From Candidatus Limnocylindria bacterium (GTDB lineage Bacteria > Chloroflexota > Limnocylindria > P2-11E): 60,843 nt of DNA. Shown here piece by piece: positions 9,811 through 18,845 of this stretch. Location: NCBI GenBank assembly GCA_035699805.1, contig DASSPF010000041.1, positions 1-60,843 on the forward strand, written 5' to 3'. The translations under genes were made by a program, and so were the position numbers. Each line of letters begins with the position of its first letter. Position 1 is the first letter of the stretch. The notes under the pieces are model-generated. The model was not told the origin of the DNA and did not search any database. It saw nothing but the letters and a program-made list of their open reading frames with translations.

Positions 9811-10557
9811 GTGGAGCGGGTCGAGGCCTTCGTCAGCCGCATGATCGAAGGGTGGAGCGCCCGGCTCTTCGGCGCGAAGCTCCAGCCGGTCCAGATCGCC
9901 AAGCGCTTGATCCGGGCGATGGAAGGCCATCAGACCATCAGCCTGTCCAAGACGTTCGTGCCCAACTCCTACGTGGTCTCGCTCTCGCCGACCGACTTCA
10001 CCCAGTTCGAGCAGTACCGGCGGAGCCTGGAGCGGGATCTGGCGGAGACGCTCCTGGGAGCCGCGCGGGAGCGCAGCTACACCCTCCTGGCGTACCCGAC
10101 CGTCGAGATCGAGCGCGATGAGGATCTTCCGCCTGGTGACATCCGCGTCTCCTGCGCCCTCGTCGATGCGTCCGGCGAGGAGGTCGAGGCGGATCCCAAG
10201 CGCCTCGGCGCGGTCGAATCGGGTCACACCATGGTCCTCGACCGCGAGGCGCTGCTGCGCGACCGGCCGCGCGCCCCCAAGGCCAGCCTCGAGCGCGCCG
10301 ATGGCCCGGGCGTGGCCCTCGGACCCGAGCCGGTGCTGATCGGGCGCGACCCGCAGAACGACGTCGTGCTCGACGATCGCCGCGTGTCGAGGAAGCACGC
10401 CGAGATCCGCCTGCGGCTCGGCAGGTACACCCTGTACGACCTGCAGAGCACGAACGGGACGTACGTGAACGGACGGCGCGTCGCGGAGAAGGTGCTGGAA
10501 GACGGCGACAAGATCTCGGTCGGCGGCCTCGAGGTCGTCTTCCGCGCCGCGGAGTAG
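9811..10557 (+). CDS. fhaA: FhaA-like protein (DUF3662-type N-domain + C-terminal FHA domain)
   Basis: The N-terminus VERVEAFVSRMIEGWSARLFG is typical of FhaA. The C-terminal FHA is GRDPQNDVVLDDRRVSRKHAEI...STNGTYVNG. The start is the GTG at 9811. The 9586 extension is an Arg/Pro-rich artefact that overlaps the previous gene. Confidence 0.85.
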   Translation: MERVEAFVSRMIEGWSARLFGAKLQPVQIAKRLIRAMEGHQTISLSKTFVPNSYVVSLSPTDFTQFEQYRRSLERDLAETLLGAARERSYTLLAYPTVEIERDEDLPPGDIRVSCALVDASGEEVEADPKRLGAVESGHTMVLDREALLRDRPRAPKASLERADGPGVALGPEPVLIGRDPQNDVVLDDRRVSRKHAEIRLRLGRYTLYDLQSTNGTYVNGRRVAEKVLEDGDKISVGGLEVVFRAAE

Positions 10558-10559
10558 CC

Positions 10560-10988
10560 GTGGAGCTCACCTTCGGGGTCCTGTTGTGGGCCGTACGCAT
10601 CGCCTTCCTGCTGCTGCTCTACCTGTTCCTCATCCGCGCGTTCGGCGTCCTCCATCGCGCCATGTCGGCGGAGCGCGTGGAGGGTCGTCCGCTCGGGACG
10701 CTCGTCGTCGAGCGCAGCCCGGCGCGCACCCCACGCGTGGGAGAGCGCCTGCCGCTCCGCGCGATGAACTCGATCGGACGCGATGCCGGGAACGACATCA
10801 CGCTCCCGGACGAGGCCGCCTCCGCGCGCCACGCCAAGCTCGAGCACGACGGGACGGAGTGGTGGATCGAGGACCTCGGGAGCACGAACGGCACGCTGGT
10901 GAACGGCACACGCATCGATGGCCGCGAGCGCCTGCGCGCCGGCGACGAGATCGCGATCGGACGCGTCGCCCTGCGGCTCGACCGGTGA
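10560..10988 (+). CDS. fhaB: FhaB-like membrane-anchored FHA-domain protein
   Basis: An N-terminal TM helix plus an FHA domain (GRDAGNDITLPDEAASARHAKL...STNGTLVNG). Confidence 0.85.
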   Translation: MELTFGVLLWAVRIAFLLLLYLFLIRAFGVLHRAMSAERVEGRPLGTLVVERSPARTPRVGERLPLRAMNSIGRDAGNDITLPDEAASARHAKLEHDGTEWWIEDLGSTNGTLVNGTRIDGRERLRAGDEIAIGRVALRLDR

Positions 10989-12283
10989 CGCTCCTCTTCC
11001 GCCGCGCGGATGAGATGCGCCTCCTCGTCTGGGTCGCCGCCCTCGTGGCGACCGGCTCGGTGGCGGTCGCCGCGGCGGAGGCGACGTCGTTCGACCGGCG
11101 CCAGCTCCTCATCCCGGTCGTGTTCGTCGCGCTCGCCGTGGCGCTCCACGCGTTCCTCGCCATTCGTCGCGTGCGCGGCGATCAGCTGCTGCTCCCGCTC
11201 GCGTCGGCGCTCACGGCCATCGGGCTGGTGCTCATGCAGCGCCTCCAGCCTGACGACACCCCGCTCCTCGCGCAGCAGCTCACCTGGATGATCGTGGCCT
11301 GCGGCGCGTTCGCCGCCACGATGCTCATCCCGCGGGACCTCACGACGATCGGCCGTTTCAAGTGGATGTGGGCGCTGCTCGGCGTCGCGCTCCTCGTCTC
11401 GCCGCTGTTGCCGGTCATCGGCCGCGAGATCAACGGCGCGCGCATCTGGGTGGGCCTGGGACGGTTCAACTTCGCGCCGTGGGAGGCGGTGAAGATCCTC
11501 ATGGTCGTGTTCTTCGCGGCCTACCTCGAGGAGTACCGCGAGGTGATCGCGCGTCCGCGGCGCATCGGCCCGATCCCGGTCCCCCCGGTCCCGTACCTCC
11601 TCCCCATGCTGGCCATGTGGGCGATCGCCATGGCGATCGTCGTCTTCGAGAAGGATCTCGGTGCGGCGCTCCTCTTCCTGGGCATCTTCCTCGCGATGCT
11701 CTACCTCGCGACGGGCGAGGCCTTCTATTCGCTCATCGGCATCGCCCTCGTCGCGCTGGGCGGCTACGTCCTCTACCAGACGTTCGGCCACGTGCAGGTG
11801 CGCGTGGACACCTGGCTCGATCCATTCCACGAGGAGATGCGGTTCGGGGCGGGCTATCAGATCATCCAGGGGCTCTTCGCCCTCGGGAACGGCGGGCTCT
11901 TCGGGGCGGGCCTCGGGAACGGGATGCCGCATCGCATCCCCATCGTGTGGAGCGACTTCGTCTTCGACGCGTTCGCCGAGGAGGCCGGCCTGGCCGGCGC
12001 GATCGCGCTCCTCGCGCTGTACCTGGTGTTCGTCTATCGCGGCATGCTCATCGCCATCAAGGCGCCGACGCCGTTCCTTCAGCTGCTGGCCGCCGGACTC
12101 TCGTTCATCATCGCCTTCCAGACGCTGGTGATCGTGGGCGGCAACCTGCGGCTCATCCCGCTCACCGGCGTCACGCTCCCGTTCGTCGCGTACGGCGGCA
12201 GCTCGCTGGTCACGAACTGGATGCTCGTCGCGCTCCTCATCCGCGTGTCCGACATCACCGCGCGCGTGCGGGGCACGCCGTGA
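10985..12283 (+). CDS. rodA: FtsW/RodA/SpoVE-family peptidoglycan glycosyltransferase
   Basis: A polytopic SEDS-type sequence. The GTG at 10985 forms a GTGA overlap with the fhaB stop. Synteny with pbpA supports the call. Confidence 0.85.
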   Translation: MTLLFRRADEMRLLVWVAALVATGSVAVAAAEATSFDRRQLLIPVVFVALAVALHAFLAIRRVRGDQLLLPLASALTAIGLVLMQRLQPDDTPLLAQQLTWMIVACGAFAATMLIPRDLTTIGRFKWMWALLGVALLVSPLLPVIGREINGARIWVGLGRFNFAPWEAVKILMVVFFAAYLEEYREVIARPRRIGPIPVPPVPYLLPMLAMWAIAMAIVVFEKDLGAALLFLGIFLAMLYLATGEAFYSLIGIALVALGGYVLYQTFGHVQVRVDTWLDPFHEEMRFGAGYQIIQGLFALGNGGLFGAGLGNGMPHRIPIVWSDFVFDAFAEEAGLAGAIALLALYLVFVYRGMLIAIKAPTPFLQLLAAGLSFIIAFQTLVIVGGNLRLIPLTGVTLPFVAYGGSSLVTNWMLVALLIRVSDITARVRGTP

Positions 12284-13725
12284 GCCCGCGCGGGATCGGC
12301 GCGAACATCCGCGGGCTCACGCTCGTCATCGCGCTGGCGTTCCTGGTGACGTCCTTCGGTGCCGGCTACTGGACGCTGGTGGCCGCAGAGGAGCTCGGGA
12401 GCGATCCGTTCAACCCGCGTCTGGTCGCTGCGATCCGCGACCGCCCCCGTGGTGCGATCGTGGACAGCGCCGGTGGCGTGCTCGCCGAGAGCGTGAAGAG
12501 CGGCAACGGCTACGTCCGCCGGTACCGGGACCGGACCCTCGCGCACGTCGTCGGCTACGCCTCGTTCAAGTACGGGACCGCCGGCATCGAGGCGGCGTAC
12601 TCCGACTCGCTCGTCGGTCAGGACCCCGCGGACCCGCTGGCGAGCTGGCGCGCACGGTACCTGGGCGAGCGCGATGCCCCTGGTGCGGTGGTCCTGGGGA
12701 TCGATCCGAAGGTCCAGGCGGCGGCGGCAGGCGCGCTCGCCGCGACCGGCCGGCGCGGGGCCATCGTCGCGCTCGACCCGCGCACGGGGACGATCCTCGC
12801 GTCGGCCTCGCTGCCGAACTTCGACCCGAACCAGATCGTCGATCCGGCGACCGAGGACGTCGCCTGGCAGCAGGTGAACGGCAACGCCGATCGTCCGCTC
12901 ATCGACCGTGCGCGCTCGGGCCTCTACCCGCCTGGATCGACCTTCAAGATCGTCACGGGGGCCGCCGCGCTCGAAAGCGGCGTCGACCCCGATGCGAAGG
13001 TCCGGGTGGACGACCCCTGGCAGGCCGACCCCTCCTGGGGTCCGTACCACGTCCGCTCCGCGTCGCGCGCCCACGGCGACTTCACGATGAGCGACGCCTT
13101 CCGGTTGTCGGAGAACATCTACTTCGCGAAGGTCGGCCTCCAGATCGGCGGCCAGCGGCTCGGGGAGTACGCGCAGCGCTTCGGCATCGGGGCGGCGCCG
13201 CGGTGCGACATCAGCGCCGCGAAGGGACAGCTCTCGGGCACGGGTGCGCTCGATCGTCCGACGCTCATCGCCGACACCGCCTACGGACAGGGCGAGCTCC
13301 TGGCGTCGCCGCTCCAGATGGCGCTGGTCGCGGCGGCCATCGGGCGGGGTGGCGTGATGCCGACGCCGCATTACGCGACCGAGGTCCGCGACGCCGCCGG
13401 GAACACCATACGGACGATCGCCCCCGGGGCCGCGGGGCAGGTCATCCGTCCGGATACCGCGGCGCGGGTCACGCAGATGCTCGTCGCGGCGGTGTCCGGC
13501 CCGGGAGCGTTCGCCTTCGGCGCCAAGATCCAGGGCGTCAATGTCGCCGGCAAGACCGGCACGGCGGAGAACCCCCAGGGCTCGCCGCACGGCTGGTTCG
13601 TCGGCTTCGCGCCGGCCGAGGCGCCGGTGGTGGCGGTCGCGGTGATCATCGAGAACGCGGGCCAGGGCGGTGTGGACGCCGCACCGCTGGGCGGGAGGGT
13701 GATGCAGGCCGCACTCGGCCGTTGA
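12280..13725 (+). CDS. pbpA: Penicillin-binding protein 2 / PbpA-type transpeptidase
   Basis: An N-terminal TM helix with the motifs STFK, SEN and KTGT. There is a GTGA overlap with rodA. Confidence 0.9.
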   Translation: MSPRGIGANIRGLTLVIALAFLVTSFGAGYWTLVAAEELGSDPFNPRLVAAIRDRPRGAIVDSAGGVLAESVKSGNGYVRRYRDRTLAHVVGYASFKYGTAGIEAAYSDSLVGQDPADPLASWRARYLGERDAPGAVVLGIDPKVQAAAAGALAATGRRGAIVALDPRTGTILASASLPNFDPNQIVDPATEDVAWQQVNGNADRPLIDRARSGLYPPGSTFKIVTGAAALESGVDPDAKVRVDDPWQADPSWGPYHVRSASRAHGDFTMSDAFRLSENIYFAKVGLQIGGQRLGEYAQRFGIGAAPRCDISAAKGQLSGTGALDRPTLIADTAYGQGELLASPLQMALVAAAIGRGGVMPTPHYATEVRDAAGNTIRTIAPGAAGQVIRPDTAARVTQMLVAAVSGPGAFAFGAKIQGVNVAGKTGTAENPQGSPHGWFVGFAPAEAPVVAVAVIIENAGQGGVDAAPLGGRVMQAALGR

Positions 13726-13828
13726 ACCAAGAGGACGCCTCAGGCGTTCATTCCGGTGACGGGTCTGCGCCTTTAGCATGGCCAGAGGGGACGCCCGCGA
13801 CGGCACCTCTGCATGGAGAAGAGCAACG

Positions 13829-14791
13829 ATGGATAGGACCGGGCTCGCGACGCGGATCTCGAGCGTCGTGGCGAATGTCGAGAAGGTCATCTTCGGCAAG
13901 CACCACGAGGTCGAGCTCGCACTCGTCGCGCTCATCTGTCGCGGCCACATCCTCGTCGAGGACGTTCCCGGCACGGGCAAGACCGTCCTGGCGAAAGCGA
14001 TCTCGCGCTCGCTCGGATGCTCGTTCCGCCGGATCCAGTTCACGCCGGACCTCCTGCCCTCGGATGTCACCGGCGTCTCGATCTTCAACCAGCGCAACAA
14101 CGCCTTCGAGTTCCGCGCCGGGCCGATCATGAGTCAGATCGTCCTCGCAGACGAGATCAACCGCGCGACGCCAAAGACCCAGTCCGCGCTCCTCGAGGCC
14201 ATGGAGGAGCATCAGGTGACGGTGGACGGAGTGACCTATCAGCTGCCGGAGCCCTTCCTGGTGATGGCGACGCAGAACCCGATCGAGTACGAGGGCACCT
14301 TCCCGCTGCCCGAGGCGCAGCTGGACCGGTTCTTCATCCGGCTCCAGCTCGGGTATCCGAAGGAGCGGGAGGAGATCGCGATCCTCGACGCGCAGCGCGT
14401 CGTCCATCCGCTCGAGACGATCGAGCAGGTGCTGAGCGCGGAGGAGCTCCTCGCGGCGCAGGCCGAGGTGAAGGACATCCACATCGCCGAGCCGGTGAAG
14501 GCGTACATCGTGGGCGTGGTGAGCGCGACCCGCTCGCATCCGGACGTGTACCTGGGCGCGTCGCCGCGTGGCTCGCTCGCCCTGGCGCGCGCCTCCCAGG
14601 CGTACGCGATGCTCCAGGGCCGCGATTTCGTGCTTCCCGACGACGTGAAGCAGCTGGCGGCGCCGACGCTGTCGCACCGGCTCATCCTCCAGCCGCAGGC
14701 GCGTCTGAAGGACCTCGCGTCGACGACCGTCGTGGCCGAGGTGCTCGCGAGCGTGCCGGTGGAGCTCTCACCGACCGCTGCGCGCGCCTAG
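13829..14791 (+). CDS. moxR: MoxR-family AAA+ ATPase
   Basis: Walker A is DVPGTGKT and Walker B is VLADEINR, with MoxR-like conservation throughout. The ATG at 13829 follows GGAGAAG. Confidence 0.9.
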   Translation: MDRTGLATRISSVVANVEKVIFGKHHEVELALVALICRGHILVEDVPGTGKTVLAKAISRSLGCSFRRIQFTPDLLPSDVTGVSIFNQRNNAFEFRAGPIMSQIVLADEINRATPKTQSALLEAMEEHQVTVDGVTYQLPEPFLVMATQNPIEYEGTFPLPEAQLDRFFIRLQLGYPKEREEIAILDAQRVVHPLETIEQVLSAEELLAAQAEVKDIHIAEPVKAYIVGVVSATRSHPDVYLGASPRGSLALARASQAYAMLQGRDFVLPDDVKQLAAPTLSHRLILQPQARLKDLASTTVVAEVLASVPVELSPTAARA

Positions 14792-14802
14792 CGGACCGGA
14801 CG

Positions 14803-16014
14803 ATGAGGACGTGGCACGCGGCGATCCTGTGGATCGCCCTGTTCATCGTCGCCGCGTCGACGGGACTCGAGCTCCTCAGCTACCTCGCGTACCTGCTGCT
14901 GTTCGTGGGCGTCGCGATGTGGGTCCAGGCGCGGCTGACGCTCGACGGGCTCTCGGTCACCCGGGCGCTCTCGCAGACGTACGCCCACCTGGGCGACACG
15001 TTCGAGCTCGTCTACGAGCTCCGCAACACGTCGTCGTTCGGCAAGCTCTGGCTGGAGATCAGTGAGGAGTCGAACTGGCCCGAGCCACTGCCCGGCCGCG
15101 TCCTGTCCATCGGGGGTGGCGGCAAGACTCGCAAGTGGAAGGTGCTCGCGAAGGCGATCCGCCGTGGTCGCTACAAGCTCGGACCCATCGTCCTGCGCAG
15201 CGGTGATCCCTTTGGCCTCTTCCCGCGCGAGGCGCGTGTCCCCACGGTCGCCCTGCTCCTGGTGTATCCGCGCGTCGTCCCGCTCCCGCACTGGCGCCTG
15301 CCGGGTTCGGTCCTGGAGGGCGGCGTGCTCACGGGCCAACGCTCGCTCCAGTCCACCTCGATGGTCATGGGGATCCGCGAGTACCGGTCGGGTGACGCGA
15401 TGAACCGCATCCACTGGCCATCGTCGATGCGCCACCGCACGCTCCACGTGAAGGAGTTCGAGCTCGACAAGACCGCCGACCTGTGGATCTACCTCGATCT
15501 CGAGCGCCACTGGCATCGAGGGGAGGGAGAGGACTCCACCGAAGAGCGTACGGTCACCGTGGCCGCGTCGATCGTGCGCAAGGCGCTCGACGAGCACCGC
15601 AACGTGGGCCTGATCACCAGCGGCGCTCGCGCCGAGGTCTTCCAGCCGGACCGCGGCACCAAGCAATTCGGGAAGCTCATGCAGTACCTCGCCGAGATCC
15701 GCGTGTCCGGGTCGCGCACGCTCGCCGAGACCCTCGTCGAGACGCTGCCGCGCCTGCGCCGTGGGTCGGCCTGCGTGCTCATCACGCCCTCGCTCGACCG
15801 TGCGTGGGTGCGCCCGGCCAGCACCTTGCGCGAAGCCTCCATCGCCACGCAGGCGGTCATCGTCGCCGCGCCCTCGCAATCCGACGAGCGGGACCGCGCG
15901 CGACGCCTCCAGCTCTTCGGCGAGCTCGCGATCGCCGGCGTGACCGCTACGTACCTCGCACCGGGTGCCTCGATCTCCGATCTCTTCCGCGATGCGGCTG
16001 GCGCCGTTGCCTGA
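14803..16014 (+). CDS. DUF58-domain protein (MoxR partner)
   Basis: Two N-terminal TM helices. The DUF58 signature is GIREYRSGDAMNRIHWPSS. It lies immediately downstream of moxR. Confidence 0.85.
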   Translation: MRTWHAAILWIALFIVAASTGLELLSYLAYLLLFVGVAMWVQARLTLDGLSVTRALSQTYAHLGDTFELVYELRNTSSFGKLWLEISEESNWPEPLPGRVLSIGGGGKTRKWKVLAKAIRRGRYKLGPIVLRSGDPFGLFPREARVPTVALLLVYPRVVPLPHWRLPGSVLEGGVLTGQRSLQSTSMVMGIREYRSGDAMNRIHWPSSMRHRTLHVKEFELDKTADLWIYLDLERHWHRGEGEDSTEERTVTVAASIVRKALDEHRNVGLITSGARAEVFQPDRGTKQFGKLMQYLAEIRVSGSRTLAETLVETLPRLRRGSACVLITPSLDRAWVRPASTLREASIATQAVIVAAPSQSDERDRARRLQLFGELAIAGVTATYLAPGASISDLFRDAAGAVA

Positions 16015-18313
16015 TCGGAGCGTGTCCCGGCGCGCTGCGGCCCCACGCGGGCCGATCGCCGCCTGGCTCGCGCGCACCTGGCGGTCGCTCTTCCCTCCCA
16101 TGTCGGGTCAGCGGCTGCGGTTCCGTGGCGGCCTCTTCGCACTTCCCATCTATGTGCTGCTCGTCCTGCTCTATCCGCTGTCGCTCCAGCAGGCCGAATG
16201 GGTGCGCACCGCCGACCACTTCAGCTGGCTGGCGATCCTCGCCATCGTCGCCGGCATCCTCATCGGCAATGGCCGGACGTCTGCGCCCAGAGCGGTCGTA
16301 CTTTCCGGTCTCCTCGGTGCGATCGCGATCGTGATCTCCACGGCGGCGGCGTCCGAAGGCGTCATCCTGCGCGAGAAGCTCATCGCCCTCGCGATCAACG
16401 TGAACAACTGGCTGACGCAGGTGCTCGCCGGCGAGGCGGCCACCGACCCGACCGCGTTCATCCTCTTTCTCGGCGCGACGGTCTGGGCTTCGGCGTTCGC
16501 CGGCACGTTCGCACTGACGCGGACCGGCCGTCCGTGGGACGCGCTCGTCTTCGTGGGCTTCTGCCTCGTGGTGAACGTGTCGATGGCGCTCACGAGCCTG
16601 CTCGCCGACCTCGTCGTGTTCACGCTCGGCAGCCTCGTGCTGCTCGTACGTCTGCACATCGTCGCGCTCCAGGAGCGCTGGCGCCGGCAGAACATCGTGC
16701 CCAGCGGCGAGATGGACTGGCGCCTCCTCCGTGGCGGGCTCACCTGGGCCCTCGTGCTCGTGCTCATGGCGTTCTTCACACCCCGGGTGGGCGCGGCGGA
16801 GGTGTTGGGGCGTGCCTACGACGTCTTCGAGGCGCCCTATCAGTCCGTCGAGGCCGAATGGCAGCGGTTCTTCGCCGGCGTGACCGGGCCCAGCCGGCTT
16901 CGCGGCGAGGGTTTCAGCGAGGTGTTCCGGCTCGGGCAATCACCCAACCTGTCCGATCGGGTGGTCATGACGGTCGATGCCGCGAGCGGGCGCTTCTGGC
17001 GGGCGATCGCCTACGACTTCTACACCGGGAACGGATGGCGGACGACCGAGAGCGACAAGGTCGACCGCGTCACCCCGCCGGTCCTCGGACGCGAGCGCTT
17101 CGACGCGACCTTCGAGATGAAGGTCCCGCAGCAGACCCTGCTCTTCGCGGCCAACGAGCCGGTGCGAGCGAGCATCCCGGTGCAGTTCAACGCCGGCGCC
17201 GACAGGACCTTCTCGACGTCGCTGCGCGCGTTGCGTGGCGGCGATGCGGCGCAGCGCTACACGGTCACCTCGTTCGCGTCGGTCGCGGACAAGGCCGCGC
17301 TGCGGGTCGCGTCCACCGTCTATCCGGAGCCGATCCGGCAGAGGTACCTCCAGCTGCCCTCCACGCTGCCCCAGCGCGTCCGCGATCTCGCGCGCCAGGT
17401 CGCGGGGACCGAGCCGAACCCGCACGACATGGCCGAGCGGATCGAGTCGTACCTGCGCACGACATACAAGTACGCGCCCCAGGTGAAGGCGCCGCCGGCC
17501 GGACGCGACCCCGTGGACTACTTCCTCTTCGACCTCAAGGAGGACTTCTGCGAGTACTTCGCCTCGGCCATGGTGGTCATGCTGCGCGAGCTCGGCGTCC
17601 CAGCGCGGCTGGTCGAGGGCTATACCACCGGCACCCTCGATCCGAACAGCGGGAAGTTCGTGGTGCGCGAGCTCGATGCCCACGCCTGGGTCGAGGTCTA
17701 CTTCCCGAGCTACGGATGGATCGAGTTCGAGCCCACGCCGTCGCAGGCGCCGTTCCTGCGCGTGGACAGCGATCTCACCGGCGGAGCCTCCCTGCCCGGC
17801 GACGGCGATGCGAGCCTGATCAACGACCCGGACAATCCCAACGCGAGCGACCGCGCCGGCCTGGAGCCGCGGGAGCTCGACGGGGGCGACGGGTCGCCGA
17901 GCGACGTCCCGCTGGCGCAGCGACTCGACCCGAGGCCGCTGCTGCTCGCGCTGCTCGCCCTCCTCCTCATGGGGACCCTCGCGTTCGCACGGTTCCAGGT
18001 GCGGTTCCGCGGGCAGCGTCCCATCGACGCAGCGTGGGGCAAGGCGCGGCTGCTCGCCGGCTACGCCGGGTACCAGCCGAGCCCCGCGCAGACCACCTAC
18101 GAGTACGCGCGCATGCTGGGCGAGGCGGTGCCCGATGCCGCGGGGCCGATCCAGGACATCGCCGAGGCGCGCGTCCGAGATCGGTACGCGCCGGGCGGCG
18201 CGACCGCGGACGACACCGCGCGCGCACTCTCGGCCTGGCGGCGCCTCGCCCGCACGCTCCTCGGACTGGTGCCGGCTCGGCTCGTGTCGTTCATCGCGCG
18301 CCTCGCGCCCTAG
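15992..18313 (+). CDS. Membrane transglutaminase-domain protein (TgpA-like)
   Basis: A polytopic N-terminus. The transglutaminase core has Cys in FCEYFASAMVVMLR and His/Asp in DAHAWVEVYFPSYGWIEFEPT. There is a C-terminal TM plus a DUF4129-like tail. The start is uncertain; 15965, 15992 and 16021 are all possible. Confidence 0.85.
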   Translation: MRLAPLPDRSVSRRAAAPRGPIAAWLARTWRSLFPPMSGQRLRFRGGLFALPIYVLLVLLYPLSLQQAEWVRTADHFSWLAILAIVAGILIGNGRTSAPRAVVLSGLLGAIAIVISTAAASEGVILREKLIALAINVNNWLTQVLAGEAATDPTAFILFLGATVWASAFAGTFALTRTGRPWDALVFVGFCLVVNVSMALTSLLADLVVFTLGSLVLLVRLHIVALQERWRRQNIVPSGEMDWRLLRGGLTWALVLVLMAFFTPRVGAAEVLGRAYDVFEAPYQSVEAEWQRFFAGVTGPSRLRGEGFSEVFRLGQSPNLSDRVVMTVDAASGRFWRAIAYDFYTGNGWRTTESDKVDRVTPPVLGRERFDATFEMKVPQQTLLFAANEPVRASIPVQFNAGADRTFSTSLRALRGGDAAQRYTVTSFASVADKAALRVASTVYPEPIRQRYLQLPSTLPQRVRDLARQVAGTEPNPHDMAERIESYLRTTYKYAPQVKAPPAGRDPVDYFLFDLKEDFCEYFASAMVVMLRELGVPARLVEGYTTGTLDPNSGKFVVRELDAHAWVEVYFPSYGWIEFEPTPSQAPFLRVDSDLTGGASLPGDGDASLINDPDNPNASDRAGLEPRELDGGDGSPSDVPLAQRLDPRPLLLALLALLLMGTLAFARFQVRFRGQRPIDAAWGKARLLAGYAGYQPSPAQTTYEYARMLGEAVPDAAGPIQDIAEARVRDRYAPGGATADDTARALSAWRRLARTLLGLVPARLVSFIARLAP

Positions 18314-18315
18314 GC

Positions 18316-18801
18316 ATGGCCACCGGCGCGCCGCAGCATCCGAGCGTCCTTCGCGTCGTCGCTCACGCGGCCGAGCGCGGCCTGGCCATCCGCGTGGTCC
18401 GCTTCGGCGCATCGACCCGCACCGCGCAGGATGCCGCGCGTGAGATCGGCACGAGCGTGGAGCGCATCGTGAAGTCGCTCGTGTTCGTGGCGGACGCTGC
18501 GACCGTCGTCGTGCTGTGCTCGGGCGCTTCCCGCGTCGACGAGGCCAAGCTCGCGCGCGCGCTCGGAGCCGGTGCGGTCCGCCGGGCCACCGCCGGCGAG
18601 GCGAAGGACGCCACCGGCTACGCGATCGGCGGGGTCCCGCCGTTCGCGCACGTTCGGCCGTGCCGCGTGATCTGCGACCCGCGCCTGCTGGCGCACGACG
18701 AGGTCTGGGCGGCGGCCGGACTCGACGACGCGGTGTTCGCGGTCGCGCCCGCGGAGCTCGTGCGCGTGAGTGGGGCGAGCGTGCAGGACGTCGCCGTGTA
18801 G
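18316..18801 (+). CDS. YbaK/EbsC-family aminoacyl-tRNA deacylase domain protein
   Basis: The sequences IVKSLVF and ATGYAIGGVPPF are typical of the YbaK/ProX family. Confidence 0.8.
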   Translation: MATGAPQHPSVLRVVAHAAERGLAIRVVRFGASTRTAQDAAREIGTSVERIVKSLVFVADAATVVVLCSGASRVDEAKLARALGAGAVRRATAGEAKDATGYAIGGVPPFAHVRPCRVICDPRLLAHDEVWAAAGLDDAVFAVAPAELVRVSGASVQDVAV

Positions 18802-18845
18802 GTCCGGCCCGCGCGCACGGCAGCGGCGGCGCCTACCCTCACATC

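Noticed and set aside
12079-14130. A 683-aa minus-strand ORF spanning rodA, pbpA and moxR.
   Set aside because: It crosses three independently supported plus-strand genes and an intergenic region, and it has no domain signatures. It is an antisense artefact.
16198-18801. An 867-aa plus-strand ORF overlapping the transglutaminase gene.
   Set aside because: Only the last 161 aa (18316..18801, YbaK-like) are protein-like. The rest is an Arg/Pro-rich alternative frame of the transglutaminase gene. The same logic was applied to 9586.., 10586.., 11362.., 14017.., 25478.., 28750.., 33873.., 41375.., 42340.., 49881.., 51247.., 55559.. and 56176..
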